NCBI GenBank assembly: GCA_021108295.1
Contig: JAIORF010000102.1
Location: 295,963 to 359,962 of the forward strand
Source: a bacterium
GTDB taxonomy: Bacteria > Patescibacteriota > Dojkabacteria > SC72
Reading direction: 5' to 3'
Length of the DNA stretch: 64,000 nucleotides
The translations under genes were made by a program, and so were the position numbers. Numbering within the stretch: position 1 is the first letter of the stretch; the number at the start of each line of letters is the position of its first letter. Shown piece by piece: positions 1-10,463 of this stretch. The notes beneath the pieces are model-generated. The model saw only the letters and a program-made list of their open reading frames with translations, ran no database searches and was not told where the DNA came from.

Positions 1-3000
1 AAAGCCATCATAGCACCCTTCTTGGTAGATATCCTTCTCACCTTGTTTATCAAAACTCCTAGTACAACCATTGTGCTATCTTTCTTCTCTAATGCCAAGT
101 CTATACTTATTACTCCCTTACTCTCAAAAAATTCTTGTAAATTATCCAATGGGTGGCTGGAGAAGTATAGGCCAAGTAATTCTTTCTCCCATTGTAATAT
201 TTGAATAACTGAGGTCTTTTCAACTTGAGGTAGAGGAGTAGCTTGTATTATCCTCCTCTTTGCTTCCTTGTGATTATCTCCCACACTAAAGATATCCATT
301 TGTCCTGCACTAAAGATTTTGCTCTCTTTCTTTGCATTCTCGTAGACACTTTCCAGAAGGAGTATAAGGGCTCCTCTATCACCAAATTCATCAAGTGCTC
401 CTGCTTTAATTAGATACTCTACTGCTTTTTTAGATAACTTCTTGTCGATTAGACGATATATTAAATCATTTAAACTGGTATACTCTCCACCTTCTTCTCT
501 CTCCTTTACAATATCTTTTATCACATCTTCCCCTACATTCTTCACTGCACCTAGACCAAATCTAATATCTTTATCATCTTCTATACTGAAGTAGAAGTTA
601 CTTTTGTTAATGGTTGGGGAAAGGACATCAATACCTAGTCTTTCACACTCTTTAAGATCTATAATTATTCTCTCGAAGTTATCCAAGTCCCCCTCTAGAA
701 GTGCTGCCATGAATTCTAATGGATAGTGTGCTTTAAGATATGCTGTCCAGTAGGAAATAGTGGCGTAAGATGCACTATGTGCTTTGTTAAAACCGTAATT
801 GGCAAACTGCAAGAGTTTTACCCACAACCGTTCTACTTCTGCCATATCATAGCCTTGTTTTTTTGCACCTTTCATAAAGACAGGCTTCTCTGCTTCCATG
901 ACATCGATTAATTTTTTACCCATAGCTCTTCGTAGAATGTCAGCACCTCCTAAGGTGTAGCCCCCAACGATTTGAGCAATCTTCATAACCTGTTCTTGGT
1001 ATGTGATAACTCCATTGGTAATTTTTAGTACATCTTCTAACTCTTTAAACACATAGTCTGGATTCTGTTTCCCTTCTTTAACTGCTACATATTCTGAGAT
1101 ATATTTCATGGGTCCGGGACGATATGCTGCTAGGATGTAGCACAGATCTTCTTGAGTTGTAGGTTTAAGCGCTTTTATTGTACGCCTCATACCAGAGCTT
1201 TCCATTTGAAAAACTCCTACCGTATGGCCTTTTCTAATTATCTGAAACGTTTTCTTGTCGTGTGGATCTAGTTCTCCCAAGACAATTTTTTCCTTACGAT
1301 TAGCTTCTACCTTTTTGATAGCAGCTCCAATTACATTAAGATTACGTAATCCGAGGAAGTCAAACTTCATTAATCCTATTGATTCAATATCCTTCATCTC
1401 AAATTGAGTCATACCAATACCTCCACCATGGGCATCCCTTTGAATTGGACAGTACTCGATTACGGGGGATGGGGTTATGATAATGCCACAAGCGTGTGTA
1501 CCTACATTCCTGTGTATTCCTGTAACTTTTCTTACAATCTCTGCAAGTCTCTCTGTATCAGGAGATGTGTGAATGATTTCTGCAAATTCGGAGTTGTTCT
1601 CAATCATGTAATCTATGCCCTTTGCTTTGCCAAAGACTATCTCTACCATCTTGGACAGTTGGTCGGCCACACTTAGGTCAATTCCAATTACACGAGCTAC
1701 ATCACGAATAGCTTGTCTGGTTTGTAACTTACCAAACGTTATTATCTGCTTTACATTCTCTTCACCATATCTGTCTATGGTGTATTTTATAAGTTGGTCT
1801 CTCCCTTTATCTGCAATATCAATATCAAAATCGGGTGGAGAGTTTCTCTCCGGATTAAGGAATCTTTCAAAGTAGAGTTCCCAACCAATCGGTTCAATAT
1901 CAGTTATTTCAACACAATATGCAACCACAGAACCACAACCAGAGCCTCTCATACCTACGACAATATCATGGTCACGACAAAACATTACAAAATCTCTAAC
2001 TACTAAGAAGTAGTCGTTGTATTTCTTACTGTTAATAATTTCTAATTCATACTCTATACGCTCCTTCAAATCTTTTGTTAACTTCCCATATTTTTTCTTT
2101 GCCCCCTCAAGTGTTAACTTTTTAAGATGTGACTTAGCCGTCTGCCCTTTAGGGAGATCTAGGGTGTGTGGCTCTACTCTATCCCATGTAATATCGTAGT
2201 TCTCTATACTATCTACAATCTTTTGAGTATTCTCAATTGCCTCTGGAAGGTCTTTGAACAGCTCTTCCATTTCTTCTGGAGTCTTGACATAAAATTCATT
2301 AGTAGGCATTACACGTCTATTGGGATCGTCCCATGTTTTACCATCGTTAATACACCAAAGGATTTCTTGTATCTCTGCATCTTCTCTATTGATGTAGTGG
2401 CTATCACATGTAGCTACTATTGGTAATTTCAACTCATCTGCTATCTTAAGTAACCCTTTGTTTACAGCCTTTTGTTCCTCCATTCCATTGCGTTGAACTT
2501 CAATGTAGAAGTTGTCCTTAAAGACTTTGGCATATTTCTTTGCAGTACTAAGTGCTTCTTTTGGTTGATTATTAAGCAGGGGTCTTGATATTGGACCTGC
2601 TAGACATGCTGAGAGTGCTATTATCCCCTCTGAGTATTTAGAAAGTGTCTTGAGATCAATACGTGGTTTGTAGTAGAACCCTTCCATATGTGCAACAGAT
2701 ACAATTTTTACCAAGTTTTTGTATCCCTTTAAGTTCTTGGCTAGGAGTACTAAATGGAAATATTTATTATCTATCCCATACTCCTTCTCTTCCATACTTC
2801 GTGGTGCGACATATATTTCACAACCGAGTATTGGTTTGAGACCTGCTTTTTCCATATAGCTTTTGAATTTGTATGCACCATACATATTCCCATGGTCTGT
2901 AATCGCACAGGAAGACATATTACTTTTTTTGAGTTTTTCTATCAGGTCATCAATTTTTGTAGTAGCATCTAGTAGTGAGAATTCTGTATGAAGATGTAGA

Positions 3001-3011
3001 TGTGTAAACAT
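1..3011 (-). CDS. dnaE: DNA polymerase III subunit alpha (3' end runs off window)
   Basis: Manual translation from ATG at 3011: MFTHLHLHTEFSLLDA, AITDHGNM (PHP domain), GRGSGCGS, PDFDIDI, KFDFLGLRNL, YGFNKAHSA; absent from ORF track because the stop lies outside the window. Confidence 0.97.
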   Translation of the reverse strand, partial: MFTHLHLHTEFSLLDATTKIDDLIEKLKKSNMSSCAITDHGNMYGAYKFKSYMEKAGLKPILGCEIYVAPRSMEEKEYGIDNKYFHLVLLAKNLKGYKNLVKIVSVAHMEGFYYKPRIDLKTLSKYSEGIIALSACLAGPISRPLLNNQPKEALSTAKKYAKVFKDNFYIEVQRNGMEEQKAVNKGLLKIADELKLPIVATCDSHYINREDAEIQEILWCINDGKTWDDPNRRVMPTNEFYVKTPEEMEELFKDLPEAIENTQKIVDSIENYDITWDRVEPHTLDLPKGQTAKSHLKKLTLEGAKKKYGKLTKDLKERIEYELEIINSKKYNDYFLVVRDFVMFCRDHDIVVGMRGSGCGSVVAYCVEITDIEPIGWELYFERFLNPERNSPPDFDIDIADKGRDQLIKYTIDRYGEENVKQIITFGKLQTRQAIRDVARVIGIDLSVADQLSKMVEIVFGKAKGIDYMIENNSEFAEIIHTSPDTERLAEIVRKVTGIHRNVGTHACGIIITPSPVIEYCPIQRDAHGGGIGMTQFEMKDIESIGLMKFDFLGLRNLNVIGAAIKKVEANRKEKIVLGELDPHDKKTFQIIRKGHTVGVFQMESSGMRRTIKALKPTTQEDLCYILAAYRPGPMKYISEYVAVKEGKQNPDYVFKELEDVLKITNGVITYQEQVMKIAQIVGGYTLGGADILRRAMGKKLIDVMEAEKPVFMKGAKKQGYDMAEVERLWVKLLQFANYGFNKAHSASYATISYWTAYLKAHYPLEFMAALLEGDLDNFERIIIDLKECERLGIDVLSPTINKSNFYFSIEDDKDIRFGLGAVKNVGEDVIKDIVKEREEGGEYTSLNDLIYRLIDKKLSKKAVEYLIKAGALDEFGDRGALILLLESVYENAKKESKIFSAGQMDIFSVGDNHKEAKRRIIQATPLPQVEKTSVIQILQWEKELLGLYFSSHPLDNLQEFFESKGVISIDLALEKKDSTMVVLGVLINKVRRISTKKGAMMA

Positions 3012-3048
3012 GATTTTGTTACATAGATTATTTCTGTTATACTAAATT

Positions 3049-3774
3049 ATGCCAAACACTGTCCAAAAATTACAGCCATATGTTAAAAGTGTGAGTAGTA
3101 AGCCTCAGAGAAATTGGAAGTTTTTTCTCGTACCACTATTATTGGTAGGATATATGTTCTTTCTTTCTCCGATGGTGGAACCTACTGTTAAGGATTTTCT
3201 GTTCGCTGCTATTCGAAGTAGTAAGACCGAAAGGTTTAACTTCTTGACACCAGTATATGCCACTTCCAATATTGGACAAACCTATGCTCTCTCCGTTATT
3301 GGTGATGAAAACCCACTGGATATGGTAAGTTCTAAAACTAGATATTATGTAAAAGATCCTAGGGTATTGGCTATGTCAGAGTTTCTGGGAGACTACAACT
3401 CTCCTATGCAACCCTATGCACAGGTATTCATTGTAGAGGCTGATAGATATGGATTAGACTGGAGACTGGTTGCAAGTATTTCTGGAGTAGAGTCTGCTTT
3501 TGGCAATCTTATACCTCATACAGGATATAATAATGGTTGGGGATGGAGAGGAGGCCCTGGTGGTGCTTACAGTGTATTTGAGGACTTTGGTAAAGGTATC
3601 GAGCATGTCACAGAACGTCTAGCTCTTGGATATGGTATAACGCTTACTCCTTTTGATATTGAGCCCACATACTGTCCCCCATGTGCTAACAACCCAAGTC
3701 ACTTGTGGGCAAATGGTGTAGTTCGTTATATGAGTGAATTAAACTACTATTTAAATAATTTAGAGAATATTTAG
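3049..3774 (+). CDS. Membrane-anchored lysozyme/glucosaminidase-like protein
   Basis: N-terminal TM; YGLDWRLVASISGVESAFG, NNGWGW and YCPP motifs; paralog of 56271..56882. Confidence 0.65.
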   Translation: MPNTVQKLQPYVKSVSSKPQRNWKFFLVPLLLVGYMFFLSPMVEPTVKDFLFAAIRSSKTERFNFLTPVYATSNIGQTYALSVIGDENPLDMVSSKTRYYVKDPRVLAMSEFLGDYNSPMQPYAQVFIVEADRYGLDWRLVASISGVESAFGNLIPHTGYNNGWGWRGGPGGAYSVFEDFGKGIEHVTERLALGYGITLTPFDIEPTYCPPCANNPSHLWANGVVRYMSELNYYLNNLENI

Positions 3775-3776
3775 TT

Positions 3777-4064
3777 ATGATTAAATTAGTACTGCAGATA
3801 GCGTTTATTGTCGATACTCTTATTGAAGCGCTTATTATAGTCAGGGTTTTACTATCCATATTCTCTGCAAATCTCTCTAATATGTATGTAGCATGGGTTT
3901 TCTCTGCCTCCGACATATGCATCTCTCCATTTACTGGCATTACAGCGGATACCCTAGTTATTGACAACTTCCAAATCTCTATTACTCCAGTAGTTGCACT
4001 TGTTTTCTTTGCAATTGTAGGTTTTGTTCTCTCAGAGTTACTAAAAGCTTTTAGACACGACTAA
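3777..4064 (+). CDS. YggT family membrane protein
   Basis: 95 aa, two hydrophobic segments, IIVRVLLS...SPF pattern. Confidence 0.7.
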   Translation: MIKLVLQIAFIVDTLIEALIIVRVLLSIFSANLSNMYVAWVFSASDICISPFTGITADTLVIDNFQISITPVVALVFFAIVGFVLSELLKAFRHD

Positions 4065-4087
4065 AACGGGCTTTTTTAACGAAAATG

Positions 4088-4096
4088 TGGTATAAT
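4088..4096 (+). promoter_or_regulatory. Extended -10 promoter (TGGTATAAT), leaderless configuration
   Basis: TGnTATAAT 7 nt upstream of ATG 4104; representative of about 12 such sites. Confidence 0.7.
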
Positions 4097-4103
4097 ACGC
4101 CAT

Positions 4104-4841
4104 ATGGCCAAAACGAACTTAAAACAAAGTAGTGGTCTGCCCTTTTTTTTTAATGGTGAAACTATTCTCTCTGAAGAATTTCATCCAAAAGAAACCTCCA
4201 CTATACATATTGAAGATATTAAGCCTCAGCTTCTTAATCTTGATTTAGATTGTCCAGAAACCTTTTACACCAAATACAAGGATTTTGATAATCAGGCTCA
4301 AGATCTTAAAAATGCCGATCTCCGTGTAAATATGTACTTAATGAAACCTAATTTAGCAGGTATTGAGTTTACTAAATCCAAAGCTACAAAATGTAGTAGT
4401 TTTCCAAGACTCTTTGAAATTGTCTATGGTGGTGGGAATGTGTTACTTCAAAAATATACAGGTCCAATTCAGAACAAAGTGTATAGGCTTCAGGTGAAAA
4501 AAGGTAGTAAGTTCATTGTACCCCCAGGATATTCCATTTGTTTGATTAATACTAGACAAGCTTCTACATTAATCGCTATAGAGATATCCTGTAGAAAAGC
4601 TAGAACTCGCGTAGCGCTTGAAGATAAGCGTGGCATGTCCTATTATATTATTAGGAAGAACGCTAAAGTAGAAATAGTTAGAAATCCTGCCTACAAAATT
4701 ATTAACGATATTGAGGAAATTAATATTAACAAGGTTCTTAAAAGTTGGAATATTACTGCAAAGACACCGATACTTAAACAAATATTAAGAAACCATGAAA
4801 AGTTTGATTGGATATTTAAGAAAAGCGATATGGATTTCTAG
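4104..4841 (+). CDS. Cupin-fold glucose-6-phosphate isomerase-like protein (degenerate metal site)
   Basis: LFEIVYGGGNVLLQK and FIVPPGYSICLINT match archaeal-type cupin PGI architecture; His ligands appear absent. Confidence 0.65.
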   Translation: MAKTNLKQSSGLPFFFNGETILSEEFHPKETSTIHIEDIKPQLLNLDLDCPETFYTKYKDFDNQAQDLKNADLRVNMYLMKPNLAGIEFTKSKATKCSSFPRLFEIVYGGGNVLLQKYTGPIQNKVYRLQVKKGSKFIVPPGYSICLINTRQASTLIAIEISCRKARTRVALEDKRGMSYYIIRKNAKVEIVRNPAYKIINDIEEININKVLKSWNITAKTPILKQILRNHEKFDWIFKKSDMDF

Positions 4842-6639
4842 CTTCCTCTTTCTCTTTGTTTCACTCAATTCCAACTCCGTATTAGCACAAACAGGTATTT
4901 CAACAAGTTCCACATTCTCTCACACTGTTAAAACCAATGGATATGTAGATACAACTACCACACTCACTATCACATCTGATGAGAGAGTAGTTTTAACCTA
5001 CTACACTATCACCCTCTTACAAGACAATATTGAACCAAAGGTGTTTTCAATTACAGAAAACAAATCTTTGGAAGCAACTGTATATGACAGGAATAGTGCA
5101 ACAGATATACTGATCGATTTAGACAATGCAATTGTATCTCCAGATTCTCCACAAAAGATTCGTATCACATACTCCTATCCATACGACGACACAAATATTC
5201 TAAGTTTAAAATCTAAAGTTGCAGACACCAACACTTCAGAAGTCTCCATTACATACCCAAAGAGTCTTGGAGAAATAGAGTGGATATCTGATCAAGCTGA
5301 AAGTATCAAACAGGATAATACACATTACATACTCAATATCCAATCCCCAGATTCCTCAACTATCAAACTCATTTTCAACCAAGGGATTGTGTATAGGTTT
5401 GATATATCTAAATCCTTTAACAACCAAGGAGACTCTGCGACACAATATGAGCTTCTCATACCCCAAGACTCTCAATTTCAGAAAATTATAATTGAAGAAA
5501 TGAGTGTACAACCCACCCAAGTTATACAAGACAACAATTTTAATTACCTCCTTGTATTCACAGTAGATGCTCAGACTCAGATGGATGTAAAAATCTCAGG
5601 CTATGTGATAATGGAGCATCATAATTACTACCCTACACCTGATAGTGTGTACTACGACAGTACCAGTATATATTGGAGTTTAGAAAACAAACAGATTGAG
5701 AAGGTAGAACAATATCTTAAAGAGAACGGTATTGCAACAGATTCGGTAAAGAAAGATACCCTCATCAAATATCTTTACCGCTATACAATTGAAACACTCA
5801 CTCCATCTACACACTCCACATCACTCTCAGGAGGGATAAGGAAGGGAAGTGTTGAGATATTAAAGAACCCCATTAACTGCACTCCAGAAGACTACACAGA
5901 TATACTGAAGTCCCTTTTTGATTACTACCAAATACCAAGTATATACACCATAGGATACGTCTCTGACATATCAAGCTATCAAGAAGATGGAATGTTTCAC
6001 TACTGGGTACAATCATTTGATGGAAATCAATGGTTAACTCTAGACCCATACCTCGAGGACTACTCCAAAGTTTCTCTCTTTGGTAGAGAACACTCCGATC
6101 ACATTTCAATTCTTAATCGAATATATGAACCTATCTCCCCTACACTTCCCTACTACTCTGACAATGACATTCGTTTTGAGTATGTAAATGATAGCGATGT
6201 AGTCTACTCCCCACAAAGCAATCTATCGATTAATCTAGAACCCTACTCAATATTAAACAAATATATACATGGGAGTATCTTTATAGAAAATGTAGGGAAC
6301 ACTATACTAACAGGTATAGACTTCACAGACTCTACTCCTGATATAAATCAATATATTGACTATGTAAGTAACTCTACAAGTTCCATACTACTTCCACATA
6401 TGCAAAAATATATTAACTTTCATATTCCATTCGAAGATTTAGAACAATCTTTCATCTTCACAACTGCAAACGTCAAGAATGGAGAAGAAACAATTCAATC
6501 CGAACTCCTATCTACAAACTATTCAATTACTCAGCATACTGGTTATGAAATCCTAATTCAGGTAATCTCTGCACTCTCCTTCCTTACATTCCTCGGTGCT
6601 GTATATCTTTTTCTAAATAAAGTAGTATATAAGAGATGA
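4795..6639 (+). CDS. Exported transglutaminase-like domain protein with C-terminal TM anchor
   Basis: Signal peptide; CTPEDYTDIL...FHYWVQ...WLTLDPY; C-terminal TM. Confidence 0.75.
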   Translation: MKSLIGYLRKAIWISSFLFLFVSLNSNSVLAQTGISTSSTFSHTVKTNGYVDTTTTLTITSDERVVLTYYTITLLQDNIEPKVFSITENKSLEATVYDRNSATDILIDLDNAIVSPDSPQKIRITYSYPYDDTNILSLKSKVADTNTSEVSITYPKSLGEIEWISDQAESIKQDNTHYILNIQSPDSSTIKLIFNQGIVYRFDISKSFNNQGDSATQYELLIPQDSQFQKIIIEEMSVQPTQVIQDNNFNYLLVFTVDAQTQMDVKISGYVIMEHHNYYPTPDSVYYDSTSIYWSLENKQIEKVEQYLKENGIATDSVKKDTLIKYLYRYTIETLTPSTHSTSLSGGIRKGSVEILKNPINCTPEDYTDILKSLFDYYQIPSIYTIGYVSDISSYQEDGMFHYWVQSFDGNQWLTLDPYLEDYSKVSLFGREHSDHISILNRIYEPISPTLPYYSDNDIRFEYVNDSDVVYSPQSNLSINLEPYSILNKYIHGSIFIENVGNTILTGIDFTDSTPDINQYIDYVSNSTSSILLPHMQKYINFHIPFEDLEQSFIFTTANVKNGEETIQSELLSTNYSITQHTGYEILIQVISALSFLTFLGAVYLFLNKVVYKR

Positions 6640-7052
6640 ATGACCCATTAATCTCCACAATTATTGTCCTCAGTATGATTGCCCTACTCATACTTCTTTC
6701 TAGATTGAACAGTTCTAAGAGTCTAACTAGAAGAAAGTCCACTATCTTAAAGAATCTAGCAGAACTTCAACCACATATTGAAAGCGAGAATGACTACGAG
6801 AGAAAGGATGCGATAATTAGACTTGATAATATGCTCGCGAAAGCTTTCAATTATAAATATAGAAATTCCAATAGCTGTGGCTACAATCTTAAAAAAGCAA
6901 ATAAGCTATTCAGAAAAGATACCTACCAAAAGCTTTGGGATGTACATAAATTAAGGAATAATATAGTACATAAGGATCAACTAGTTACACTAAATGAGTC
7001 TAAGAAGGCATACCATATATATAAACTCTGCATAAGAAAAATACTTAAATGA
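6636..7052 (+). CDS. Membrane-anchored hypothetical protein with HEPN-like RxxxxH motif
   Basis: N-terminal TM; VHKLRNNIVH; ATGA overlap with both neighbours. Confidence 0.6.
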   Translation: MNDPLISTIIVLSMIALLILLSRLNSSKSLTRRKSTILKNLAELQPHIESENDYERKDAIIRLDNMLAKAFNYKYRNSNSCGYNLKKANKLFRKDTYQKLWDVHKLRNNIVHKDQLVTLNESKKAYHIYKLCIRKILK

Positions 7053-7612
7053 AAAAACTCTCTACAATATTACTCTCAGTTCTACTACTTACTACTTTCT
7101 TAAGTGGTACATATGCAGAGGAGGACAACCTAACAACAGATACAAAATACTTCGATATTACAATGGAAAGAACAGGACAATCTGCTTGGAACAAAGCTGT
7201 AACATATGTAATTACTGTTACTCCTAAGACAGATTCTCCCAAGACACAGATCCTTTGGAATGCTCCAACACTGATTGAGATAACTCCAAAGCATGACGAG
7301 TTTGTAGATCTCTATATGGGACAAACATACTCCTTCGAGGCAACACTCATACCAAAACGAGAGGGTAGTTATTCCATTAGTGTAAACTTAATAGCTTGGC
7401 AGCACGATACAAACTACACCAATAGTGTGAGTGATCTTATCACTTTTGATGACAGCCTAATTGCTCAACCAGTAGATCCTGGCTATACTTTTGGAAATAT
7501 TGCAAAAATCTTAATTTTCACACTACTCGCAGGGCTAGGTACTTGGGGTATAGTCATACTGCTTAAGAAGGGTCTCAAGGCTCTAACTAAATGGTTAACA
7601 CCTCCTAGTTAG
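7049..7612 (+). CDS. Exported Ig-like protein with C-terminal TM
   Basis: Signal peptide, beta-rich core, C-terminal TM. Confidence 0.65.
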   Translation: MKKLSTILLSVLLLTTFLSGTYAEEDNLTTDTKYFDITMERTGQSAWNKAVTYVITVTPKTDSPKTQILWNAPTLIEITPKHDEFVDLYMGQTYSFEATLIPKREGSYSISVNLIAWQHDTNYTNSVSDLITFDDSLIAQPVDPGYTFGNIAKILIFTLLAGLGTWGIVILLKKGLKALTKWLTPPS

Positions 7613-8183
7613 GTTTGAGTATTCTATATACTTTATCAATCAATGTCTCTTTAGATTCACTCTTAGGAGATGATATTGTTGTGTAGTGATTGTTCTCTAT
7701 CTGTTGTGGAGTACTGTCATGGGAAAGATGATTAACATTATCCCTACTGTTTTCTGTCAACCCTTTTATATAGCTTAATGCATTAGAGTGTGTAAAATTG
7801 TAAGGATCTCCTTTCTCCTGTCTTAATATGGCGATTTCCCTATTCTTCTCATCCAAAAGATTTTTAAGATAGAGTTCTTCTTGCCCACTATCTTCCATAT
7901 CTTGCTTAAGTTTAAACATTTTGTGTTCAGCATCTTTTGTTCTTGCTTCTAACTTGGGAAATTCCTTAACACTTTTCATTGCTTCTTTATGTTCTTCACC
8001 ATTAAGAAGTTTCTCCATTATCTCTTCTCTAGTTTGCATACCGTATTTATAAAGGGAAAGTTCTCTAGAACTTGGTTCTCTATTCATAACCAATTTAAAA
8101 ACTTCCTTAATCATAGCTATACGCTCCTTAGGGGAAGGTTGATCTTTACTAACACTATCCATTTTGAAGTCTGATAATTTCAT
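7605..8183 (-). CDS. Hypothetical protein (DUF4214-like N-terminus plus coiled coil)
   Basis: VFKLVMNREPSSREL...EIMEKLLNGEE; leaderless TGATATAAT promoter 5 nt upstream. Confidence 0.6.
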   Translation of the reverse strand: MKLSDFKMDSVSKDQPSPKERIAMIKEVFKLVMNREPSSRELSLYKYGMQTREEIMEKLLNGEEHKEAMKSVKEFPKLEARTKDAEHKMFKLKQDMEDSGQEELYLKNLLDEKNREIAILRQEKGDPYNFTHSNALSYIKGLTENSRDNVNHLSHDSTPQQIENNHYTTISSPKSESKETLIDKVYRILKPN

Positions 8184-8239
8184 AGGTGATTATATCATGA
8201 GAACAAGAGAAACACCTATAGTAAGTTTGTCCTGAGCTT

Positions 8240-8316
8240 TGGAGCGAGAGACGGGACTCGAACCCGCAACCCTCTGTTTGGAAAACAGATATTCTAACCA
8301 ATTGAACTACTCTCGC
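8240..8316 (-). tRNA. tRNA-Gly(UCC)
   Basis: Cloverleaf GCGAGAG...TCTGT-TTTCCAA-ACAGA...TTCGAGT...CTCTCGC-TCCA. Confidence 0.96.
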
Positions 8317-8340
8317 AGTTACTCAAATATATAATATGAG

Positions 8341-8829
8341 CTACTTAGACACAACCTTTTCCTTCTTTACCTCTTTTTTAACCTTTTTCTTAATCTCCTT
8401 CTTCACCTCTTTCTTCACCTCTTTCTTAATCTCCTTCTTCGCCTCTTTTTTAACCTCTTTCTTCTCATCGGTAAGATAAATGTCTGTAGTTGTACCAACC
8501 TTTAGAGCCTTCTTACCTACCCTATTTCTAAGATAATAAAGCTTAGACCTTCTTACACTACCCCTCTTAACCACTTCTACCTTCTCTAAGTTTGGTGTGT
8601 GAAAAGGAACAATCTTTTCTACACCTACACTGTAAGAAATCTTCCTTACTGTCATATTCTTGTTTATACCACTCCCTTTAATAGCGATTACAACCCCTTC
8701 AAAGATTTGTACTCTCTCCTTGCTTCCCTCTCTAATCTTCATATGTAACTTAACAGTATCCCCAACTCTAACATCAGGTCTCTTCTTGTATTGGCTTTCC
8801 TCAACACTTTTTAACATTGTACTATCCAT
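8341..8829 (-). CDS. rplS: 50S ribosomal protein L19 with Lys-rich repeat tail
   Basis: VGDTVKLH...[11 protein letters not shown]...[10 protein letters not shown]. Confidence 0.97.
   Translation of the reverse strand: MDSTMLKSVEESQYKKRPDVRVGDTVKLHMKIREGSKERVQIFEGVVIAIKGSGINKNMTVRKISYSVGVEKIVPFHTPNLEKVEVVKRGSVRRSKLYYLRNRVGKKALKVGTTTDIYLTDEKKEVKKEAKKEIKKEVKKEVKKEIKKKVKKEVKKEKVVSK
8357..8464 (-). repeat. Imperfect 12-bp tandem repeat encoding (KKE[VIA])n
   Basis: [36 protein letters not shown] at the L19 C-terminus. Confidence 0.85.
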
Positions 8830-8924
8830 TTTTCTTCTCTACTTATTTAATATAAATCAAGTGAAATTTGTCACTTAGCGGTGTAATTATAGAATAAAAT
8901 TGGGAAATATGCCACAATATACAT

Positions 8925-10463
8925 ATGATTGCAAAACAAAAAGTACTCCTCATCGTCCTAGACGGACTTGGAGTTGCACCAAAAAGTAAAGGAAATGCTG
9001 TTGTACTGGCCAATCCTTCCAACCTCTCCTCCCTTTGGAATACCAACCCACACACATACCTCCTCGCCTCTGGAGAAGCCGTAGGACTACCAAAAAATGT
9101 AAAAGGAAACAGTGAGGTAGGACACCAGAACATTGGATCAGGACAAATTGTTAACCAACACTTACCAAGAATTAATAAAGCAATTAAAACAGGATCCTTT
9201 TTCCAATGCCGTGCCTTAAACAAAGGTGTTAAACACGCACTACAAAACAAAGGAGACATCCATATTCTAGGACTATTAAGTGATGGAGCTGTACACAGCC
9301 ATATTAACCACTTCATCTCTACACTAAAGTTTTTCGCACAAATCAATTTCAAAAACAAAGTTTACTTCCATGTATTCACAGATGGTAGAGATACGCCTAC
9401 TGAAAAAGCCATAGAGTTTTTAGATAAACTACAGTTCCATATCAACAAGAACGGAGTGGGTGAGATAGCGACAATATGTGGGAGAAGATATGGTATGGAT
9501 AGGAATAGGGCTTGGGATAGAACTAAACTAGCTTACGATTTAATAACTAATAGTATTGGTGCAAAATTCGATAACTACAAAGAGGCTGTAGAAGCTTCCT
9601 ACATACAGGGCTTCTCTGACGAATTTATAAAACCAAGTGTAATTGTACAAACGAAGATTAAACCAGGAGACTCCATCCTCCATATGAATTTTAGATCAGA
9701 TAGAGCACTTCAACTTTCAAAAGCGTTTACTGATCCAAAGTTAGACACATTTCAAAAAGAACATATTCCAGGCCTTTTCTTTGCAGCAATGGTGGAGTAC
9801 AGAAAGAACTTCCCAAAGAACATCTTAGTACCAAGACAATATATAACTTTACCACTGGGGAGAATTCTCAGTGGGTATGGTTTAAAACAATTACGTATAT
9901 CTGAATCCGAAAAATTCCCTCATGTGACATACTTCTTTAACGGAGGAGTCTCTGTACGATATGAGGGTGAAGATAGGATTGAAGTCCCATCTCCCGATGT
10001 AGCTCTCTACGACGAAGTACCAGAGATGTCTGCAGATGAAATGACTGACATATTAATAAGTAGAATAAACTCAAACCTCTACGATTTCATACTAGTCAAC
10101 TTCCCTAATCCTGACATGGTAGCCCATACAGGGAATATAGAAGCCTCTATAAAAGCTGTACAAGCCGTAGACCATTACGCTACCAGCTTGATAAAAACAT
10201 TCACTAGCAAAGGAGGGTGTGTAATCATCACTGCAGACCATGGGAATGCAGAAGAACTCCTAAACCTTGATACTGGAGCAATGGATACTGAACACTCCCT
10301 TAACCCTGTACCATTCATTCTAATCGGTACCACAATCAATCCTCATGTACTACCATATGGATCACTTAGAGATATTTCTCCAACAATCTTACAACTCATG
10401 GGAATAGCACAACCAATAGAAATGACAGGAAGCAGTCTAATACGAAACTTTAGCACATTCTAA
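8925..10463 (+). CDS. gpmI: 2,3-bisphosphoglycerate-independent phosphoglycerate mutase (copy 1)
   Basis: LIVLDGLG, GNSEVGH, TDGRDT, NPDMVAHTG, TADHGN. Confidence 0.96.
   Translation: MIAKQKVLLIVLDGLGVAPKSKGNAVVLANPSNLSSLWNTNPHTYLLASGEAVGLPKNVKGNSEVGHQNIGSGQIVNQHLPRINKAIKTGSFFQCRALNKGVKHALQNKGDIHILGLLSDGAVHSHINHFISTLKFFAQINFKNKVYFHVFTDGRDTPTEKAIEFLDKLQFHINKNGVGEIATICGRRYGMDRNRAWDRTKLAYDLITNSIGAKFDNYKEAVEASYIQGFSDEFIKPSVIVQTKIKPGDSILHMNFRSDRALQLSKAFTDPKLDTFQKEHIPGLFFAAMVEYRKNFPKNILVPRQYITLPLGRILSGYGLKQLRISESEKFPHVTYFFNGGVSVRYEGEDRIEVPSPDVALYDEVPEMSADEMTDILISRINSNLYDFILVNFPNPDMVAHTGNIEASIKAVQAVDHYATSLIKTFTSKGGCVIITADHGNAEELLNLDTGAMDTEHSLNPVPFILIGTTINPHVLPYGSLRDISPTILQLMGIAQPIEMTGSSLIRNFSTF

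Noticed and set aside
22-2972. Short + strand ORFs in the first 3 kb
   Set aside because: Antisense shadows of dnaE, which the ORF track omitted because it runs off the window.
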